A DNA stretch of 25,398 nt from the IMG/VR virus record IMGVR_UViG_3300031726_000039, positions 1 to 25,398 of that record. One strand, 5' to 3'. The position numbers were made by a program, and so were the translations under genes. This document shows, in pieces, positions 22,911 through 25,398 of the stretch (its first letter is position 1; each line of letters starts with the position of its first letter). The stretch is from a virus (taxonomy: Duplodnaviria; Caudoviricetes). The notes under the pieces were generated by a model that worked only from the letters and a program-made list of their open reading frames with translations, was not told where the DNA came from and did not search any database.

Positions 22911-23524
22911 TGGAAATGATTAAAAAAGTATTGAGTAATGGTTTTATAGTGCTTTTCGTTATCGGTGCACTATATTTTATTTTTACACGTGAATGCAGAA
23001 AAACAACATGTCCCCCGAAAGGGCAGGTATTGGTTACTCAAAACGTATGGGATTCCATACAGAAGATTGCAAACACTCCTCCTACCGTACGTGTTGATAC
23101 AGTGAGATTGAAAGGTAAAATAGTATATACACCTTCAACACTTCCAAAACCTGTCGTAAATCCTTCGGATACTTCGATTAAAAATTATTCAGACAGTATA
23201 GTAAATAAAGAAATCAATTTCCACATCGTTTTCCGCCTTAAGGGGCAATTATTATCATTGAATAAGTATTATACTCCTATTTCAACTGAGATCGTTAAAA
23301 CTGTAACGGTATACGTCCCAAAAATTGTAGATCGTCCCGTTCCTGTTCCTAAAAACGGTTGGTATGTGGGTGTGTCAATTGGAGGAAATGATAAAGCTTT
23401 TTTATATGGAGGTTTTTTAGACATAATTTCCAAAACGAATACAATATATGGATTGCAGTATCAACGTTATGGAAATTTAAATTTTTATATTGTTAAACTC
23501 GGAATACCTATTCGATTTAAATAA
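22910..23524 (+). CDS. Putative spanin-like lysis accessory protein
   Basis: N-terminal TM anchor, Pro/Thr/Val-rich linker and amphipathic beta-strand C-terminus ending ...IPIRFK. Last gene of the lysis cassette. Confidence 0.5.
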   Translation: MEMIKKVLSNGFIVLFVIGALYFIFTRECRKTTCPPKGQVLVTQNVWDSIQKIANTPPTVRVDTVRLKGKIVYTPSTLPKPVVNPSDTSIKNYSDSIVNKEINFHIVFRLKGQLLSLNKYYTPISTEIVKTVTVYVPKIVDRPVPVPKNGWYVGVSIGGNDKAFLYGGFLDIISKTNTIYGLQYQRYGNLNFYIVKLGIPIRFK

Positions 23525-23529
23525 TAAGA

Positions 23530-23562
23530 AAAGCCCCGTTAAACGTCGGGGCTTTGTTTTTC
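23530..23562. terminator. Bidirectional intrinsic terminator between convergent operons
   Basis: Stem AAAGCCCCG (23530-23538) / CGGGGCTTT (23547-23555) with an 8-nt loop. T-rich tail on the + strand and A-run upstream. Overlaps the stop codon of the convergent gene. Confidence 0.8.
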
Positions 23563-23898
23563 TGTAAACTTCCAATAGTATCCAGCACACTTTCCGTTCC
23601 TTTTAATGGCTTTAGTTAAAGATGTTCGGGATACTTTTTTATCCTTCGCCGCAATACTGATACTGGGATATTTAAATTCATTTCCATTTATATCAATTTG
23701 AGCAACGGCAATTCCTGAACAAGTTCTATTAATTTCAAATTGTTTACCAGCATCAAACCCCGCTCCGTATATCATATTTACATATTGTTCAAATATACGG
23801 AGCGGAATATAATGATCAGTGGTTACGGGGGTTTCTATCTGAATGCTTCTAAGCTTAATTTCAGATAGTATTTTAAATTGAATCGTTTCCTGCGTCAT
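23539..23898 (-). CDS. NUMOD1-domain DNA-binding protein
   Basis: C-terminal VAQIDINGN..KYPSISIAA....VSRTSL..AI......AGYYWKF is the NUMOD1/IENR1 pattern. No nuclease domain seen. Confidence 0.72.
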   Translation of the reverse strand: MTQETIQFKILSEIKLRSIQIETPVTTDHYIPLRIFEQYVNMIYGAGFDAGKQFEINRTCSGIAVAQIDINGNEFKYPSISIAAKDKKVSRTSLTKAIKRNGKCAGYYWKFTEKQSPDV

Positions 23899-24193
23899 TT
23901 GAAGTAATAATATTAGTTACTTTTTGTTCCGTTTCTTTTTTAATCCTTTCCGTTTCTAAATTATAAAAGGCAGCCTGCATTAAAGCCATTTTGATTACAT
24001 CATAATCAAAACCTCCTGTGAGATATTTATTATAATCTTTAAGATTAATTCGCATTATTTCACAAAATTGTTCCTTTGTTAAATGATATTTAAATACTAA
24101 ATTTCGGGCGTCGTTAGCCATAGATATTTGAATCCTCATATATCTAAATTCCAAATCAGTTAATTTTCCTAAAAACTTTCTAATGTCTTTCAT
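23873..24193 (-). CDS. Putative helix-turn-helix protein
   Basis: LTKEQFCEIMRINLKDYNKYLTG resembles an XRE-type HTH. Confidence 0.5.
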   Translation of the reverse strand: MKDIRKFLGKLTDLEFRYMRIQISMANDARNLVFKYHLTKEQFCEIMRINLKDYNKYLTGGFDYDVIKMALMQAAFYNLETERIKKETEQKVTNIITSNDAGNDSI

Positions 24194-24198
24194 ATTTT

Positions 24199-24609
24199 TT
24201 ATTTTTTAATTGGAGCATGTTCAACGTCATCTTCCACCCAATACCAGGCATCAGAATATTTCGGTTTCTTAAATTCTAGCATCGCATAATTCCTCACATC
24301 AACCATTAATTCCAGGTTATGTGTTTTTTCATATAATACAATTTTATGTTTCATGGCTTCTACGAAATCATATGTATTGTCATCCTTAAATAAACCATAT
24401 CGAAACGAAGCCTGTACCATTTTATTTTTTGCAAGTTGATCAAACTCCTCAGACCATTCCGAAGATTGCAGAGAGGCAAGCGTAGGCATAAAATTTACTT
24501 TATAATCTACTTCCTCAGTATTTGTAAAATCTCGCCAGAGATTATTTAAAAACATTTGTTCAGTCCAAATCATAACCACTCCTTCATCATTGGTAAACTC
24601 TGTATCCAT
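24199..24609 (-). CDS. Hypothetical phage protein (helical; possibly nucleotide-pyrophosphatase-like)
   Basis: Motif YEKTHNLELMVDVRNYAMLEF. The start is ambiguous: 24609 (AAAGGAGG upstream) or 24573 (ATGA overlap with the upstream stop). Confidence 0.5.
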   Translation of the reverse strand: MDTEFTNDEGVVMIWTEQMFLNNLWRDFTNTEEVDYKVNFMPTLASLQSSEWSEEFDQLAKNKMVQASFRYGLFKDDNTYDFVEAMKHKIVLYEKTHNLELMVDVRNYAMLEFKKPKYSDAWYWVEDDVEHAPIKK

Positions 24610-25202
24610 TCACATATTCCTCCTTTACCTGACCACTCCGTCATACGATGGTTTTTACGTTGATGATACATAGCTCTGGCTGTTTCGTAAGACATATCAT
24701 AATCGGCAGATTGCAAGAATCCTTCAGGGAGTATTTGCTTCATTTGTCGTAATAATTCAACATTTTTTGTATATCTGTGCTCCCGTCCTATATCATTTAA
24801 CATTTTCAAGGTTTCTGGTAAAACAGCATCATCCTGAAAATCCTCACGTGTTAAATCCGTCATACCTAATTTATGCATAGTACTGCAAGACATACGGACG
24901 GTGGCAACTTTAAATGTATCTAATTCCTGCCAAATATAGCGGGGAATAGTTATAAAACATTGTACATGGATTAAACGTAAAAATTTACGTTGTTCCGAAC
25001 CTAATTTAATAAGCTTTTTAGCCAGTTCATTATCATTAGGACCGATTTTAAATTCTTGTAGATACTTACGTACATTGTCATCAAATGTAGTAATATCGTA
25101 CCTTTCAAAACCTGAATCACTTTTATCCCAACTATTCATTGGGTTTCTTAATCCGTGTATTGCCGACTCAAAGCCATAAACCCTAGTGTTTTCAATTTTC
25201 AT
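24570..25202 (-). CDS. ThyX-like (flavin-dependent thymidylate synthase-related) phage protein
   Basis: Motifs G...AI.GLRNPMNSW..SD, RKFLR.IHV...IT.PRY.W.ELDT, SCSTMH, KQILP.GFLQ and YHQRKNHR..EW. Lacks the canonical RHRxxxxxxxS motif. Confidence 0.62.
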   Translation of the reverse strand: MKIENTRVYGFESAIHGLRNPMNSWDKSDSGFERYDITTFDDNVRKYLQEFKIGPNDNELAKKLIKLGSEQRKFLRLIHVQCFITIPRYIWQELDTFKVATVRMSCSTMHKLGMTDLTREDFQDDAVLPETLKMLNDIGREHRYTKNVELLRQMKQILPEGFLQSADYDMSYETARAMYHQRKNHRMTEWSGKGGICEWIQSLPMMKEWL

Positions 25203-25285
25203 AATTTTAATTGTTTTAAGTTATTAGGTTAAAAATTTACATATTTATCGCAACTAATATTCTTTAAAAATCTAAAATAATAAAT

Positions 25286-25398
25286 TTAAATTAAACGACT
25301 AATTCCCCGCTTTATTTTTACTTCAAAAACTTTATCCGCTTTTTCCTCTATGTCTTCCCTACTAATACGCTCGTCCGACACCATTATAATTTGAATAT
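25286..25398 (-). CDS. 3' end of SbcC/Rad50/SMC-like ABC ATPase (partial)
   Basis: The - strand frame from 25396 reads IQIIMVSDERISREDIEEKADKVFEVKIKRGISRLI*, matching the terminal QII..(H)....AD..F.V....G.S pattern of these ATPases. Not in the ORF track. Confidence 0.6.
   Translation of the reverse strand, partial: IQIIMVSDERISREDIEEKADKVFEVKIKRGISRLI

Noticed and set aside
1-25398. tRNA/rRNA genes, integrase/att sites, IS elements, contractile sheath, alternative genetic code
   Set aside because: None seen. Intergenic gaps are too short for structured RNA genes, and standard-code ORFs tile the window densely.

Overview
This window is the late (virion morphogenesis and lysis) operon of a tailed dsDNA phage with a siphovirus-type, non-contractile tail. 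It may be a prophage, but no integrase or att site is visible. Several tail, lipoprotein and translation-start features point to a Bacteroidota/FCB-type host. The + strand order is: 5'-truncated DUF2213-type head protease/scaffold, head decoration protein, HK97-fold (Linocin_M18/encapsulin-like) major capsid protein, a small head-associated ORF, an 11-gene ~7.6 kb glycan-building cassette, neck and tail-completion genes, tail tube, tail assembly chaperone G/GT (-1 frameshift), tape measure, two large tail proteins, a small lipoprotein, a hypothetical protein, and a GH19 endolysin/holin/spanin-like lysis module. The cassette encodes a Maf/DUF115-like transferase, GT11, two methyltransferases, GT25, GT32, a GT47-like protein, GDP-mannose 3,5-epimerase, a GT8-like protein, GT2 and a sulfotransferase. 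A bidirectional terminator separates this operon from convergent - strand genes: NUMOD1, HTH, hypothetical, ThyX-like, and the 3' end of an SbcC/Rad50-like ATPase. The standout is the all-soluble, translationally coupled glycosylation/methylation/sulfation cassette between the capsid and neck genes, together with Ser/Gly-rich SGSGS segments in the decoration and tail-tube proteins. This is a candidate phage-encoded virion glycocalyx system, possibly using L-galactose. All family calls come from motif recognition by eye; no database searches were run.
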